DNA of 64,000 bases from Paraglomus brasilianum (taxonomy: Eukaryota): contig CAJVPI010000006.1 of the NCBI GenBank assembly GCA_910592345.1, positions 1-64,000 on the forward strand. Direction: 5' to 3'. A program made the position numbers and the translations under genes. The notes below the pieces were generated by a model. It did no database searches, had not been told where the DNA came from, and saw only the letters and a list, made by a program, of their open reading frames with translations. Positions 1 through 14,093 of this stretch are shown here, piece by piece (positions within the stretch are counted from its first letter, which is position 1; every line of letters starts with the position of its first letter).

Positions 1-384
1 TTACTGTCATGTTAAAACTAGCTTTAGCGAGCCTGTCAACAGGATATCGTAGCTTGGAAATAAAGTCGCATTAATATTGTAGTATTAATTTAATATTTGT
101 CGTACGACTAGTCCGATACCTATATTCTTTGTTTGCTCGAATACGAACGAACATTGTCTCTCAATTGTCACACAATATAAGCTCTAGCCATACTAATAGT
201 GATTTCATACTGTCATAACAAAGACGCTCAAGATGTGCTTTGTGTGTTTGAAGTCGAGCCTACTTTTATGAGCGCATGAGGTTACTATAAAAGCAGCAGA
301 ATCATACCTAACAATCATCAATTAAATTGATCGTAAAATCAATCGCAAAAGCTACTTGATCGCTTTGACTTAAACAATTTGAAA

Positions 385-832
385 ATGCCCATTTTTGCCA
401 GCAAATTCTATTGTGGATTACTGATCGGGCTTCTCCTTGGCTTCATGCTTTATTATATACTCCACAAAAATAAACTTTACGTCATAAATCAAAAAATTGA
501 TAAATAATCAATTTAATCGAGCCTAAAAAAAGGCATAATAATAAACCAAGTAAACCATTCAGCGAACGAAGTTACTTGCCAGACGTCGAAAAACTGCTGA
601 AGACTTTAAAAACTTGTTTGACAAAAGGGCTGGGCTGGATCCAAATTTTTCGTTTAACGAAATGGCATTTGAAATTTCCAAATTGCTGAATAAACAAAAG
701 ACCATCGCTGCATCAACAATAAGAAATTTTTACCTTCGACGAACAACTTCGCGGAAAAAGACGATCGAAGCGATCCAACGTTGGATCGACGAAGAAAAGA
801 AGGAAAACGTAATATTTCGGATAAATTCTTGA
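385..832 (+). pseudogene. Small disrupted ORF: N-terminal hydrophobic segment plus helix-turn-helix-like C-terminal part
   Basis: ATG 385 gives MPIFASKFYCGLLIGLLLGFMLYYIL then a stop. A downstream frame (ORF 614-832) reads SFNEMAFEISKLL..IAASTIRNFY..KTIEAIQRW, an HTH-like pattern. No clean splice joining the two was found. Confidence 0.3.
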
Positions 833-854
833 TTATTATTATTATCATAATTAT

Positions 855-971
855 TGTCACAGCTGATGCTGAAATCCGGCTGAAGCTGAAACCATGACCT
901 TTCATTGGTTGATCAGATTTGATTCTCTAATACCATTGGTTAGTTTCAGCTTCAGCGCATCAGCTCTCACA
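855..971. mobile_element. MITE-like foldback element with TGT...ACA termini
   Basis: Imperfect inverted arms (agctgatgc/gcatcagct; gctgaagctgaaac/gtttcagcttcagc). Flanked by ATTAT at 850-854 and 972-976. A related end occurs at about 25950-25975. Confidence 0.55.
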
Positions 972-1036
972 ATTATTATCAAAGAAATAATTCAGTCACA
1001 TGACTAATATAAGTCTCGTTTTATCTGGTACCGAAA

Positions 1037-1783
1037 CCTGCACTTAGGGAGACCCGGGAGAACCAGTAATATTGAAGTCACGTGAGTATAATTGTACACT
1101 TTATTTGTAATATCGTTTTTATTAAACAACAGACCTAAGAAAAAAGAGTAATACTGATGTTGCAAAAAGCGGTAAATACTCAAAACATTTACCGGAACAC
1201 TTAAATTATATCTTCGGGTATATTCAACAGCTTTGCAAACTGTTTCGCTTTCTCTTTTAAAATTTCATCAGTTAATGTGACGTGAGTTTGATACTGTATG
1301 AACCATTCGTACATTGCGTTTTCAAGATCGGGATATTGGACATCTCTTGATCTTTTCAAATTAGAGACATTTTCATGTTCCTTAATGTCATTTCGCTTCA
1401 GTAAACGTCCAACAGTCGTTGGGTTGATGTCTAAGTTAAATGTTGCCTTAACCCACTGAGCAACATCTACATGGGTAGCATTAGGGTTACTGTCTTTGTA
1501 CTTGAGAACAAGCAATTTTTGCTTGTTGTTAATGTGGTTCTTTTAATTTTTGTAGACATTCTCTAAAGTACTTAAACGGAAATGATCTATAGATTTGATT
1601 GGCTGTTTATTGAATTATGCACTTAGAGAACATTTTTACATATAAGGGGCCAACAAATGTCATGCACTTATAGAATAGGGAGAACCTGCACTTATCTCAT
1701 AGGTCCCAACATGGGACCAGATTATTTCCTGCACTTAGAGAGATAATGCACTTAGAGAAGCTGCACTTAGGGAGAGTCCACTG
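1037..1783 (-). mobile_element. Truncated pogo/Tigger-type DNA transposon (5' end plus CENP-B HTH fragment)
   Basis: ORF 1201-1515(-) has CENP-B-type HTH motifs (YPDLENAMYEWF..LTDEILKEKAKQFA). Minus strand reads TA|CAGTGGACTCTCCCTAAGTGCA at 1785-1762. GCACTTA(G) subterminal repeats recur at about 1040, 1619, 1663, 1688, 1731, 1748 and 1763. No DDE domain or second TIR was seen. Confidence 0.8.
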
Positions 1784-2035
1784 TAGATGATAATTTTACG
1801 CATTGGTTTCTCGCTTCCTTCAGCTGTCCCAGCAGCATTCTTGATCTTGCTTGATAATGCCGCTCATCGTCACAGGAGTCTGAATAATTGATCACGAATG
1901 TGTTGTAACATGCACGAAACGATCAATGTAATAAATAATAATTTGCTTGCTACCCCTAATCATGTATCACTCAAAAATCATGTGACTGCCCTTTTTTTTC
2001 GCCCTGCGTGATTATGAAAACTTCTTATTCAAACC

Positions 2036-4614
2036 ATGTTGTTAGCATCAGGGGTTGTTAATAATCTAGCAATTGCTAACTTGGTTCAATCATCCTTAGC
2101 GAGTGAACATAAACTTAAATGGATTCCTCGCTCGCAAATTATCCGCATAGAGTCAAGCCAAATTGACAACATTTATTACGCAATTTACGTGCATACGCGG
2201 GATGATGGTAAAATCGAGGAGATAATGACGATAATGCTTTTATTATTAGGAAATGATGAAATCTGTACACCAACACTTGTGAGTGAATTTGCCAGAATAT
2301 ACACACTTCCAACACACAAGTACAATAATGATGTTAATCAGTTCAAACGATATAAGAAATGGCTTAAATGGCGCAACAAACTAATAATGGGGTTTACCAA
2401 GTGCGATGATAACTATTACATGGTCACCTATAGAGACTTTTACCATTGTTATTCTCGATATGGATTCTGCACTGCATGTGGAATACTCCGATGTAGTCCT
2501 GTGTGGTGCATCTGTGGACATAAACAATTATCAGATGGATGGACTAGCAACAATAAGCAACTCGACGTGTTTATTAAGAAGTCTCAACTACAAACAAACT
2601 CACCAAATCATGCCTATCTGGAATGGATTTCACCTGATTGTATTTATTATAGATGCTTGAATGGCCTACCTACTGATGAATTCGTTAAATTGACTCCACT
2701 TGAGATAACAGACGAGACAAATGATTTATATTATGCCGAGGTAAACTATTTACTTATGCGTCATGTTTATTGAATAGTTTAAATAATTATTGACTTATTA
2801 TCATGTATCATTTCCACTAGTTATGTGATAGGTATCCAGAGATTCTTACCACTGATGTTTGGGTTACCATCGGATTTACATATAGATGGGGAGAGTATTG
2901 TCTAATAGAACAAAAGCATGGTGCGTTATGTCTGGCGTGTATGGAGCAATTAGAACCTGGGATAAATGCATTCTGTTATAAATGTAAAGCACCAATACCC
3001 GTTGATTGGATTACAGGCAACAAGTCATTGGATTCATTTATTATGGAATCATGGAAGAATATAAAGAACGTATATGATGCATATATACAATGGATCGAAT
3101 ACTCTGAATTAAGAAACATACAAGATATGACATCATTATGCCATGGATGCACACATATGGCAGAATGGTTGGAACAGAAAACAAATGAATTGACACGTGT
3201 GACACTCAAAAAGATAGTTGACAAACAAAATGATCAGGTAAATTATTTCACGCGTAAAATGCAAATGGTATTATTAACGTGTGTGCGTTTAAATCAGTGT
3301 TGTTAACAATTGTATTTGTTTACTCAAATAGCTAACTACGGAATACCCGGAGATATTAACACCAGATAATATTTGGATAATTGGGATCACTCGGGAGCCA
3401 TCTACTCGAGAATATTATCTAGTTTTCTACCACGACATACACTCACTATTGGATAGATTTATACGAAATAAAGAAAGTGTAATGTACATGCAGTATGGCG
3501 ACTTTTCCGAACTCAAAGAGATCGGATCTGGTGGTTATGGAGCAGTTTATACTGCTGAATATAGAGGGAATGTACGGACCACGCCACAAACTGTTGTACT
3601 CAAACGGTTTAAGAGTTTTGATGGAACACCAAAATTAGTCATTTCCGAGGTAAGCAATAATTGATAGTATTAATTAAAGTGATATTTAATTTGATACTGT
3701 AATTATTTTATTTAATAGTTCAGAAATCATGCCAAGTGCAGCCAAAATTATCATTTCCTTCAAATTTATGGAGTGACACAAGACCCAGTAACAAAAGGGT
3801 ACATGATTGTTATGCAATATGCTAACAAGGGTAATCTTTTGTCTTATTTGGATCAAAACATTAACGGTTTGACGTGGAGGATGAAATTACTGCATTTGAA
3901 GTATATTGTAAAGTATCTGGGCATTATTCATGATGCGGGATTAGTGCATTGTGATCTTCATGGCGGAAACATAGTTTTACATGGGCATAATAATCCGTTC
4001 ATATACATATTCGATCTTGGTCTCTCACGATCAGTGAATTCACGTCAGTCAAATTCAACCATTCGAGGCGTTTTTCCCTTTATTGCACCGGAAGTCTTCC
4101 ATACCCGCAAATTTACGAAGAAATCAGATGTGTATTCTTTTGGTATCGTTATGTATTTGATGGCTACTGGCGAACCACCTTTTAGAGATAGTAATAGGCA
4201 GTTCGATAGGGATTTAGTATGCAACATTATGGGCGGACTACGACCATCGATGCCTGATTCCGCACCAGAGGAATACAAGAAACTTGCCGAGCGGTGTTGT
4301 GATGCTGATCCTGATAAGCGTCCAGATGCATATTCACTTTATTGGGATGTTATTGGCAAGCTTGCTAAAGAGGTGAAAAACGACAATTCATGGAATGCCG
4401 TCTATCATAATAATGTAAAACCCTTATCACGTCTCGAAAAGGAGAGTAAATATTCTAGCACGCTCTTACCTACTGGAGATCTGCCTAAACCAAGAAATAG
4501 TTATGATATGGATTCAGCTGCGGGTATGGTTACACGTTGGTACAAATAAAGTCAATTTAAAATATTAACACCGTAAATTTCTTATAATTTAGATACTCAA
4601 GGAATAAATTTATA
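2036..4614 (+). CDS. Multi-exon tyrosine-kinase-like (TKL) protein kinase of the type expanded in Glomeromycotina
   Basis: Exons about 2036-2740, 2821-3237, 3332-3649, 3719-4523 and a short last exon (end approximate), with GT-AG introns. Motifs: GSGGYGAV, VVLK, HCDLHGGN, DLG, FIAPE, SDVYSFG, CCDADPDKRP. Confidence 0.9.
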
Positions 4615-6839
4615 ATTCAACCGGGCTTATTTTCAAAGGTTCGAATTATACGATGTGCTTCCACGTATGTCAATATGGTTGAGTTAACAAGATGCCGAAA
4701 TAAAATCGTGCACGTTCACTGTTAGCTGCCTTCCGGGGTAGATCATTTGACTATGTATAAATATGATACATTGTTTTATGAAATTGGTAACGAGTTTCGT
4801 CCCTGAATAAAATACGTACAACGTTTGACATTGTTTTCATACTCAAATCAATGCAGTCACAAATTGGAATATCTAAACATTTCTTATTGTGGAACAACTA
4901 GTCCGTTGTTGGATGCCTGTTGAACTTGCATCGTTAGCTGTCAATAAAGATCTTACATTAAACTTGCATCGTTACGGGGCCGTGAAGGCTATGCAGCAAT
5001 ATCATGAAAAGAGTGGCGATATGTCTTTGGGGATATCCGTGGATTGATGATCCATCACTTGCGTAACGCCGTGGAATGACCTAAGGTTCGAGTTCTTATA
5101 GAAGTTTCAGATTCGCTTTTATCGCATCTCTAGGATTTTTGTCTGCATTCTAGTCATGAAGTGGCTATCGCGTCTATCAAGGCCTTATTGTGACCCTGCA
5201 TCAGTTATGAACATAAATTAAGATACAAACCAGGCAAAACTGGCGACTGTATTGTATGAAGGTTTGCATATGGTCATGTGATTAAGATTATATTATTAGA
5301 ACATGCCAAATTTTATTAAGATAATCAACTCTCGTTTTTGAAATACCATTGATGTTAATTCTTCTCTCTTTAAATTTTTATTGATGCTTTGATTGTTAAC
5401 AGTAGATACTCTATAGAAAGTTTGCTGAGGGAAATTTGACAACGCAAACAGTTTCTTTCCCATTCCCAAAAACCTTTCATGTTATGTTTGTCCGTTTGGA
5501 AATATATTTATCCAAGGTGAACAACCGATATCAGTCATTGGTTATAAAATATTGAGTGCGTCGAAGCAAATAAGAGACTAACATCGCCTCGTTCCACATA
5601 GCTTTGGGAGTATTCAACCAAAGCTGGCGGTACCAATTGACATCTCTCACTGGACGACTAGAAGCAGAAGACTCCGTCGCGTTAGACATGCCCATTTTCC
5701 ATGGGTGCAAGTTTTTGATATTATACAATCGGATTACTTAAGCAACTATGGAGCGTCTCGGAGTAATCAGTCCAGTCCCAGGTCAAAATACAAATTATGT
5801 TTCATACGCGTAGTCTACTGCGTGAGTTTTGGCACAGTCAGCTCACAGGTGCTACATTTGAATGGGAATAATTATTTTCGAATTAAAGAATAATTTTCAT
5901 AGTACATAACTTAACAAACCAGTATAACCTAGAATTAATATTATATTATGTCAGCCATTGCAACTAAAATCGTCGAAAAAATATAATGTCACCCCAGAGA
6001 CGAGCTCTTCTGAGTTGCTTAACGCACTTACAGATGATAGAAAGAGGATCAAGCACTAAGACACCTTTGAGATGATTTCAAATTCAGTGGTGAACAGATA
6101 TCCCTATTCAAAAAAGTGGCCGGCGAAAAGTCATAAATCTTACAACTCTAAACAAATGCAGAAAAGAATTTGCTCAACAGATTTTACGAGACAAACTTGG
6201 TGAAAAAGATGCGAAGACTGAATCACAAAAGTTAACCAAGTTAGCGTTGAATAAAAATGCTGGACAAAAATTTCCGAGATTACAGAAAAAACTAAGTACC
6301 GAACGGACCGACATTGCGTAGGCTTTCTTGACCAAGATTCGCAAGCAACGTGAGTATTCCTCACTAGATTTCAAGCGTTCGATTTCGCAAAATCCAAATA
6401 AATGCAAATACCTTTATAACAACACTGTCCAGAAGGAAAGCAGTTCTACATTCTCATTCTCGGTCAGTTGACGTTTTCGCGACAATGGGTGCAAAATTTC
6501 TCGGAATTTATTACTTAACATCATATTACAATAAATCTAGAAATCTAGAAATCTACTTACGGTAACAAATAGATTGATTAATTCATATCTCAAACATATA
6601 GTTAGTAGTTTTGACTACAGAACTGCATATACTAAATTGCATACAAGTCGATGATTATTTGCCACGACGTAGCTATTTATTTGGCTTCTAACACACTTCC
6701 CTATTATTCAGATTGTATAGTCAGCACATTTTCTTGCTGCAATAATAATACATACGTATAACGGCTTTCGATCGCACACAATACAGCGTCAACGTCATTA
6801 TAGTTTTGATAGTAAACTCATAAAACATGCTACGCTCTA

Positions 6840-7299
6840 CACTGCCTACAATAAATCACCGGATTTCGCGAAACTTTACTAGTAAAACATATGAAAAGTC
6901 TTTCTTTTCAAAAATCTCTCCTGCCCATGTATGACAATAAATCTTGAAGCTAATTGATGGTGCTTTTCGAAAAAAATAGCAACTCATTTGTTATATCTTC
7001 CTGTTGTATAGCTGTAGCTCGATGAAATTATGTATACGTACTTTTACATATACAATCATATATTTTCATATCGTAATTTAAAGGCAACCACTTCAACATG
7101 CTACGACTTCATAGCGGTAAATGTACAAAATTTGTTGTTATTTTTTTTCCGAAGTGCAATCAATTAACTTCAAAATTATACAAAAACTGTTGTCCTTTGC
7201 ATGGCATACATGGGTAGGAGATATTTTTGAAAAGAAAGACTTTTCATATGTTTTACTAGTAAAGTTTCGTGAAATCCGGTGATTTATTGTAGGGCAGTG
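6840..7299. mobile_element. Non-autonomous Tc1/mariner-type MITE with long TIRs
   Basis: TA|CACTGCCTACAATAAATCACCGGATTTCG at 6838 mirrors ...CCGGTGATTTATTGTAGGGCAGTG|TA at 7301. Inverted similarity runs about 150 bp with indels. TA TSD. Confidence 0.9.
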
Positions 7300-7827
7300 T
7301 ATATTGTCTAGTTCCGCATTGACATCCATTCTTCTCCCTATTTCGGAATATTAATATCGCGCGATAATCTCATCTGTACAACGCTATTACTATTACATCG
7401 ATCGGAACAAATGCTGACAATTCCGAAGTAGTCAAATTCCGAAAACTATTATTTCGATGATGATAAAGATGACCTTCACCTGATCTGAAAAGTGTAGCAG
7501 GAGTTGCGGGGTCCAAAGAAAAAAGATTTACAATTAAGCAGATTTATTATCACTCGTAAAACTTTAGCAGAAATCGACGAAAGCGCGAAAAATTGAGAAG
7601 TAAACTGAGGGATCTTGAGAAAAGAACCAGGCAGCCAGAGAGGAGTAATTAACTCCGATGATAGAAAGGTGATTTCACGTAATGTCAATGCTCTATCCGG
7701 TTTTGCGCCCGCCATATTAATTTTAATCTATTACTATAGTAATAGTCCATTACATTGTCTGGTCATGTGACTTCAATTTACTCTTCTTGTGCTGCAGATA
7801 TTCATGCACGATGCAGGACATTTGAAG

Positions 7828-9938
7828 ATGACATCGCTCTGTGCCATTCTACTCGTCACCAAATCAAGTGGAGGACATGGTCGTTTTGTATTCAACTATC
7901 CAAAGGATCCCCAGCGAAAACATGAAATAATAGATTACACTACCGGGGATGAAGAATCCGACGCGGAGACGATAAACGAGAATATGCCAGGAGATGATGC
8001 CGATAAACGATCTATATTCTCGCGCATTGAATCGGAAGCCGACCCAATCCCTTCAAGAAAAAGAGTCGATGTCGCTTCACGAAATGACGATGGGGATGAG
8101 ATTCTACTTGGTTTCAAGAAATCGTATTTGGCAGACTTTTTGTTGCCAAGATCTAACAGCATTAGGGACTTCCAACTTACCGTCGATGAAATGACATTTT
8201 TGGGACAACCCATATCTTTCACCAAAGCCTCACGAGATATTGACTTGCGGGAAGATAAAAAAAAGGATGACGACGAAAACGTAATGGACAGTCAAGATAT
8301 TGATCAATCCGTCGGAACAAAGTTGCCGCCAACAACGAAACCAGCGAACCGGTTGAGTCATTTTCATCTGGTGTTTGTTCTGGAACCACCCGAATTGGAA
8401 TTGAGTCAGCAGGTGGATAAAATGTTCAAGCATGTTATAGCAAAAATCACCGCTGCTCTCTACTATGAACAAGAGAGATGCGATTATGTGAGACAGCAAT
8501 CTGACTTGATAATGCAATTGAATGCTGCAAGATTAGGTATGTGTTGCGAGAGCTTATACTTGTGTTGTATGTTTGCATGACTACATCACTAATACACCTT
8601 GTATCGACAGATAAATCGCCAGATGAGCTTATGCAATTAACTTTGAAAAAAAGTACTCTTGCTAGAACAATAGCGGATGTCTATGATGCAATATCTACAG
8701 ACTCAACAGCCCACGTCCTTGTTAATGATTATATTGACATTTCATTACAGATACCATCGTTTTCACCTTTTAACCAAGCCGATAATAGACAAGATTTGGA
8801 TGAATATACACAGTTTCCTGTCATAACTCCGCATAAGACACTCTTATTGTTAGAGGATCCTCAAGAAATTTTGAAGGCCATGCCGTTGGACGCAAACCCA
8901 ACACTAGTTCAGCTCATACAAATTATTACCCCCACACAAAGGTGAGCACAGTCGTGGTTTTATATGCGAGTATTCGATAGGCTACGGTGACTCTGTCGAA
9001 GTGAAATACGCTCTCATCAATGTTCATTACGGCCGTAATGGTTATTTCTACTAATAATAACTTAACGGTATATCTTTAGGCTCGGAGATCTAATCAGTTT
9101 GCTCGACTGTTCTCTGGCACAGATTTACAGAATAGTAGCGCATCTTATTTATTGGAGAAAAGCAAAACTGATTGATGTTATTACCACGAAAAATATTTAC
9201 GTTACCTCTCCATCAGCGGATCTAAGATAGTAAGTGGTTTAGCTTGATAGAAGCTTGTGTATTGTCCAATCATCCTACTCAGTCTCTTATTTACACGCAC
9301 TTTCTCTCTTAAGCCTGAATGCTCTAGCTGCTGATTTCAGTCAACACTGTCCGAAATTGGACCTAATCACATTGCTTTCCGAGCTAAACACTCCTGCGCC
9401 TAGCAAATTGGAAGACATAATTCCCATCACTTTCAAAGAGCAGAAGACAATTTATTTTGACGCTATTGCTTATCTACTGCGTAAGGGGCTCATTGTACAA
9501 TTGCATGCATACATTCTTGTAATGGTCCCACCATATATTCATATGGGAAAACAAGGTAGTCATGACCATTCTAAGATTATATCAACTCCAATTTCGTCTC
9601 CTGAACAAGCAAGTGAGGCAGAGCGTAATTGGCTCAATAGCATTACTGCCGGTAAACCTGAAGAGACACGGTCTCTCTTTGACAGGTAAATCAGTTTGAT
9701 GGTTGTATCAAAGATGACTGTTATAACCAACCTGACTTCATTGTAACGTCTTTTAAATATTTGCTGACGACATCCTTCTAATCCGTTTAGATTAATACAA
9801 TACTTTAACGGACACCATTATCTTGAAGAAATCTTGTTGCAAGAGAACATATCTCGGAAAGATTTACGCTTGGTGACCGATCGGTTTGAGGCGTTAAACG
9901 CCTTGTATATTTTATGGCATTATGGAACAGGTTATTGA
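7828..9938 (+). CDS. NPR3: Nitrogen permease regulator 3 (GATOR1/SEACIT subunit)
   Basis: N-terminus AILLVTKSSGGHGRFVFNYP; FQLTVDEMTFLGQP; FHLVFVL; AALYYEQERCDYV; PHKTLLLL; IVAHLIYWRKAKLID; YFNGHHYLEEI. Five exons with GT-AG introns, stop TGA 9936-9938. Confidence 0.9.
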
Positions 9939-10795
9939 TTATTATAATTATAGTATTTATTGTCTTTATTATTAGTCGTCATTGCCTCTTTTTATATTGT
10001 CGCTGATTCTATATAATTAATTGAATATGTAATAAAGGATTATTGATACCACAGATTGCTAGACTAGGTAAAGAATGACCAAAAGGCAGTTAAGCAAGGA
10101 AATGATTATGCACAAAATAATCTTATGAAAGTGTTTACGTCAAGGTTTATACCAGCAACCTGTATGGATAAATTGACCGGCATTAGTATGCTTGATGTTA
10201 GTTAATATCACACATGCGTTTGCATTCTGGGAGGTTTAGTGCGATATCTCGTCCTATAAACAATAGTGATCAAGCTATTAAAGTGTCAATCCACGCGTTT
10301 AATATTGGCACTTTGCATTAACACAACCACACAACTGGAAATTGTGTTAATCAGTCTATTTAGTGTGTAAACATGCACGAAAAGAAATTCAACAAGGATG
10401 TCGAGCAAAGTGAATCGTGATCGTTTAAACAGCTTTATCCTGAATCTGTAACAGACACATAAAGACTTTCCTGATCGTAAATTACAATCGTTATGGTGCC
10501 GCAAGCAGCTTAGTAATCGCCCGTTAATTAACAAGAGAGTATTAGTTTAAGCAAACAACGATAGGTCATCTTAAGTAAACATACTAAATACCTTCATTGA
10601 GTCATGTGAAACTAATAAAATGATTTATCGATTGATAAATAGTACAGTAGTATGAGGTTCACTTTAGAGAAGACGAGAATTTATTCTTTATTTCATGATT
10701 CGGCCACTACTTATATATATATGTGTTGAGTGATACACTGTAATAATAACATTAACTGATACTCTTTAAATCGTAAATCGACCTCGTCGTCGCTT

Positions 10796-11340
10796 GGCAA
10801 AAGGAAACTCGCCGCGTGACGTAAATAGTATTCCCGTACGTTAATCTATAGAACAAGTGCCTCGCGGTAATAAATGTAAATATTTCACATAAGTAATATT
10901 CAACGATAACAACTGTTCGAGAATTTATTCGTAATGATTCTTTATTTCAGTTTGAAGATTGTTATTATTATCGTGTATCTGTAACTATTACTCTAACGTT
11001 CCTAATTAGTGATAAATCCGTAAATTAATTAGTAGTTCATGGCAAAAGAAACTCGCCGCTCCAAAGATAACATAATACTTACTATCACTTACCGCGTTAA
11101 TCCATAGAACAAGTAAGTATCTTCTACTTCTGGTACTAATAAACGTAAATCGATTAGTTCATGGCAACGGAAACTGCCGCATGGGGAACAACAACTCACC
11201 CGCATGGCAAAGGAAACTGCCGCATGGCGTAAATAGTATTCCCGTACGCAGGTATGAAGTATCCGCTATCGCTCGTGGAATACTCGCCGCTATAATGATA
11301 TATAATACTTACCGTCACTTACCACGTTATCCCATAGAAC
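10796..11340. repeat. Cluster of imperfect direct repeats
   Basis: TGGCAAAAGGAAACT(C)GCCGC-like units at about 10796, 11040, 11162 and 11204. GTAAATAGTATTCCCGTACG occurs twice. TAATACTTAC..TCACTTACC..GTTA..CCATAGAAC occurs twice. Confidence 0.7.
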
Positions 11341-14093
11341 TTTTGACATCGCTGCTATTGCCACATCACCTACAAGAGTGATAAAAAAGCGCCTAGTCAA
11401 CTTCAAAATATTAACTCAATGTTTACCAACTGTATTGTGCTGCTCTTAGCCGTCCATACTAATAGACGTTGTCACCCGCTCACCACGCTGAGGTGGCAGC
11501 ACGTCGAGCGGGAATAGGGAATTGTCCACGAATGCCGCTGTTAAAGGCGTCAAAGCGCATCGACCGATAAAAGCAATAGTAAAAATTTGAGATATATATT
11601 AGTTATTACGGTTTCTGAAGTCAAAAGTTGACATTATCATCTGTAAAAATCAGATTTGTCTTTAATGTATGGATATGCGACCAGCGTACAGCATAAGTAA
11701 TATATTACGAATGCTTCCTACCACCTCCCATCCTTCCTCCGCCTGGAAACGCATTCCAACATAGACATTGTGTAGTTATAGAAACGTATGAAAGCGGATC
11801 AACCAGCACACGCAGTTATCGTAAATCGTCTTTACTCATTATACCGCATATGCGCCCGCCGCCTCCCTCTGATGACCCACCAAACAGGTGCTATCGACGC
11901 GTTTCAACATTTCCAACTACTAGAACGCAGTTACAACCTTTGGGTGGCGAAGAACTTCTATCTACGATTGTGTAATACGTAATGTAAAACACAACCTACG
12001 GGACTTAATCCCTTGAGCAGTGAAGAACTTTCTATCCACCACGATTATAACTGGTTTACAGACATTCATCATGTATGCTAAACTACTAACTAGACTTGTA
12101 TAATTTACCCAACTTACCAGTTGATAATGTCGTTGTGGCAGTTTACCGTCATGCCGAGGACAGGTAATAAATAGTAGGTTTGCTTCGCAACTAAATACGC
12201 GCGTTTTATTTGTTTTGTCTCCCGACTTATGTGTCGCTTTCCTTAACTATGGTGCCTAAACGGATGGACTTTATTAATATGCTTCTCCGTTTACCACGTT
12301 CGTAGACGTCGTCCGCGTTTTTTGTAAAGGCGCCAGTTTACCGTCATGCCGAGACAGGTAACTTTGCAAAAAAAAATGAGCATGATAACACTGGCGTACG
12401 CGGACAAGCCGTATTTATTTGTACACGGATATTACCCCTTTTCTGTGTCACTTCTTGAAGATTCATTGTCTCCAGCACAATTGCATAAATTTGCAGAAAA
12501 TCAAAATTTGCCAAAAAAAAAACTATTTTTAGTACACTCCTTTAAACTTATCAGCGCGTTTGTTAAGTTTACACCAAAGTATAGCTTTTATGTCCCCTTT
12601 ATCGGCTTGTTTGCCTGTTATTGTCGCTTCCAACGTTATATTTACTTCTTTACATACGTATCTTGCTTACTCTTTGTTTATTCTGTTGTCTTTCGAAACA
12701 GCTGTTTTATTGTCCGGTGCCCGCCCATGTTACCCCCCTCACTGCTGCCTAAGCTTGAAGAGACACGTATCGGTATTAACGATAAAGTGACAATGAAGAA
12801 ACCGCCTGTATACTGTACTAAATGCGAAAGTGGCTTAGGACGTCATATCTGTATACATATGTACAATTTTTCGAAACAAGTTTTTACGATACTTTAACAA
12901 TTATTTGTCACTATCATATGCTCTATTGCTATATCGGTAACTTTATTGGTTTGTTTTTATGATAAAACAAACTGCATGTAAGTTAACTTACGTATTTTTT
13001 ACATTGTGTCCGCTATTTCAAGTCCGCTTTAATAGGATATAATGCAACAATCTTTTTGGTGTCTTTTACGATGATCATATTGAGAGCCAAGGACTTGGGA
13101 TGACCGGAAATCATACGAACTTTGATACAAAAGTTTGAAGAAGTAGAGAAGTGACCTATCAATGAAGTTTTCAGAAGACGAAACTATCTAACTTATAAGG
13201 CATATGTCTTCGCCTTGTGGCGATTGAATTAATGACGTATCAGTTTCTGGTTTTGATCGATGTACTTTTTAACTTTGAATTAATGAGTTGCCTTTGTTTA
13301 GTCGGCGATAACGAAGGACAATAGAATTCAAAAAAATAGAGTTTGTGTCTACGGTTTTATTAAAAACGCTTATCAATACTTCGGGTTTGATACTTTTCGT
13401 AATCACAAAAGTTTGTATCATGTCATTCTGAACCACACTCTCTTATCCCTTCTCTCACCAAATATTCTTTATGTCACATCTTATTTACTTAGAATGACAG
13501 TGTTCAGACTAACTTAGCATGTCTCACAACTATCGAATCACATCGTTAGGAATAAAATATCTCGCTCCGCAATTGTATAAAAATAATCATCTCCCGATGA
13601 AGTCACTTGCATTATGATGTGCGATCAATTGTGCCTCATGAGCATCACGGTGACAAAGACAAGGGATGTCTCACGACAATACTAAATAAGCAGGTGTTAC
13701 TTTAACGATTATCAACATCATTATCTTCACTTTCCCGAAGTTAAATATGACAACTCCACCAGTTCGCAGATCAGGCCTACAACAGTATGAGAAATTGCTG
13801 GCAAAGTTGAAACCGCTCGAGTTTTTCTGAGCGAATGGGTACTTATAAGATTATTGATGACAGACATGTATAGTAACTAAAGAAGATTCACATATCATCA
13901 AAAGTTTGGTTTAGGATCCTTACTCATTTTTTTAGGTCATCCACGTTTTAATTTTGTCAATGAGGAACACAAAGCCGTCAACTTCTTTGTTAACTTCATT
14001 CTCAATAGTGGCGCAGCAATAATCATACTGATATCGATAATCTTTCGTTGTGTTACAAGTTCTGTCTTCACTTTGACGAAAAGGTTTGCACAA

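Noticed and set aside
5030..5100. tRNA-like T-arm (TAAGG-TTCGAGT-TCTTA) with upstream hairpins
   Set aside because: No acceptor stem or proper anticodon arm could be built.
6060..6470. Lys-rich semi-open frame
   Set aside because: Contains stops, with no recognisable family or splice structure.
10796..11340. Repeats resembling a CRISPR array
   Set aside because: Repeats are degenerate and irregularly spaced, the spacers resemble each other, there are no cas genes, and the context is eukaryotic.
12346..12897. 183-aa ORF
   Set aside because: No recognisable motif, the composition is typical of AT-rich non-coding or antisense DNA, and it starts inside a repeat.
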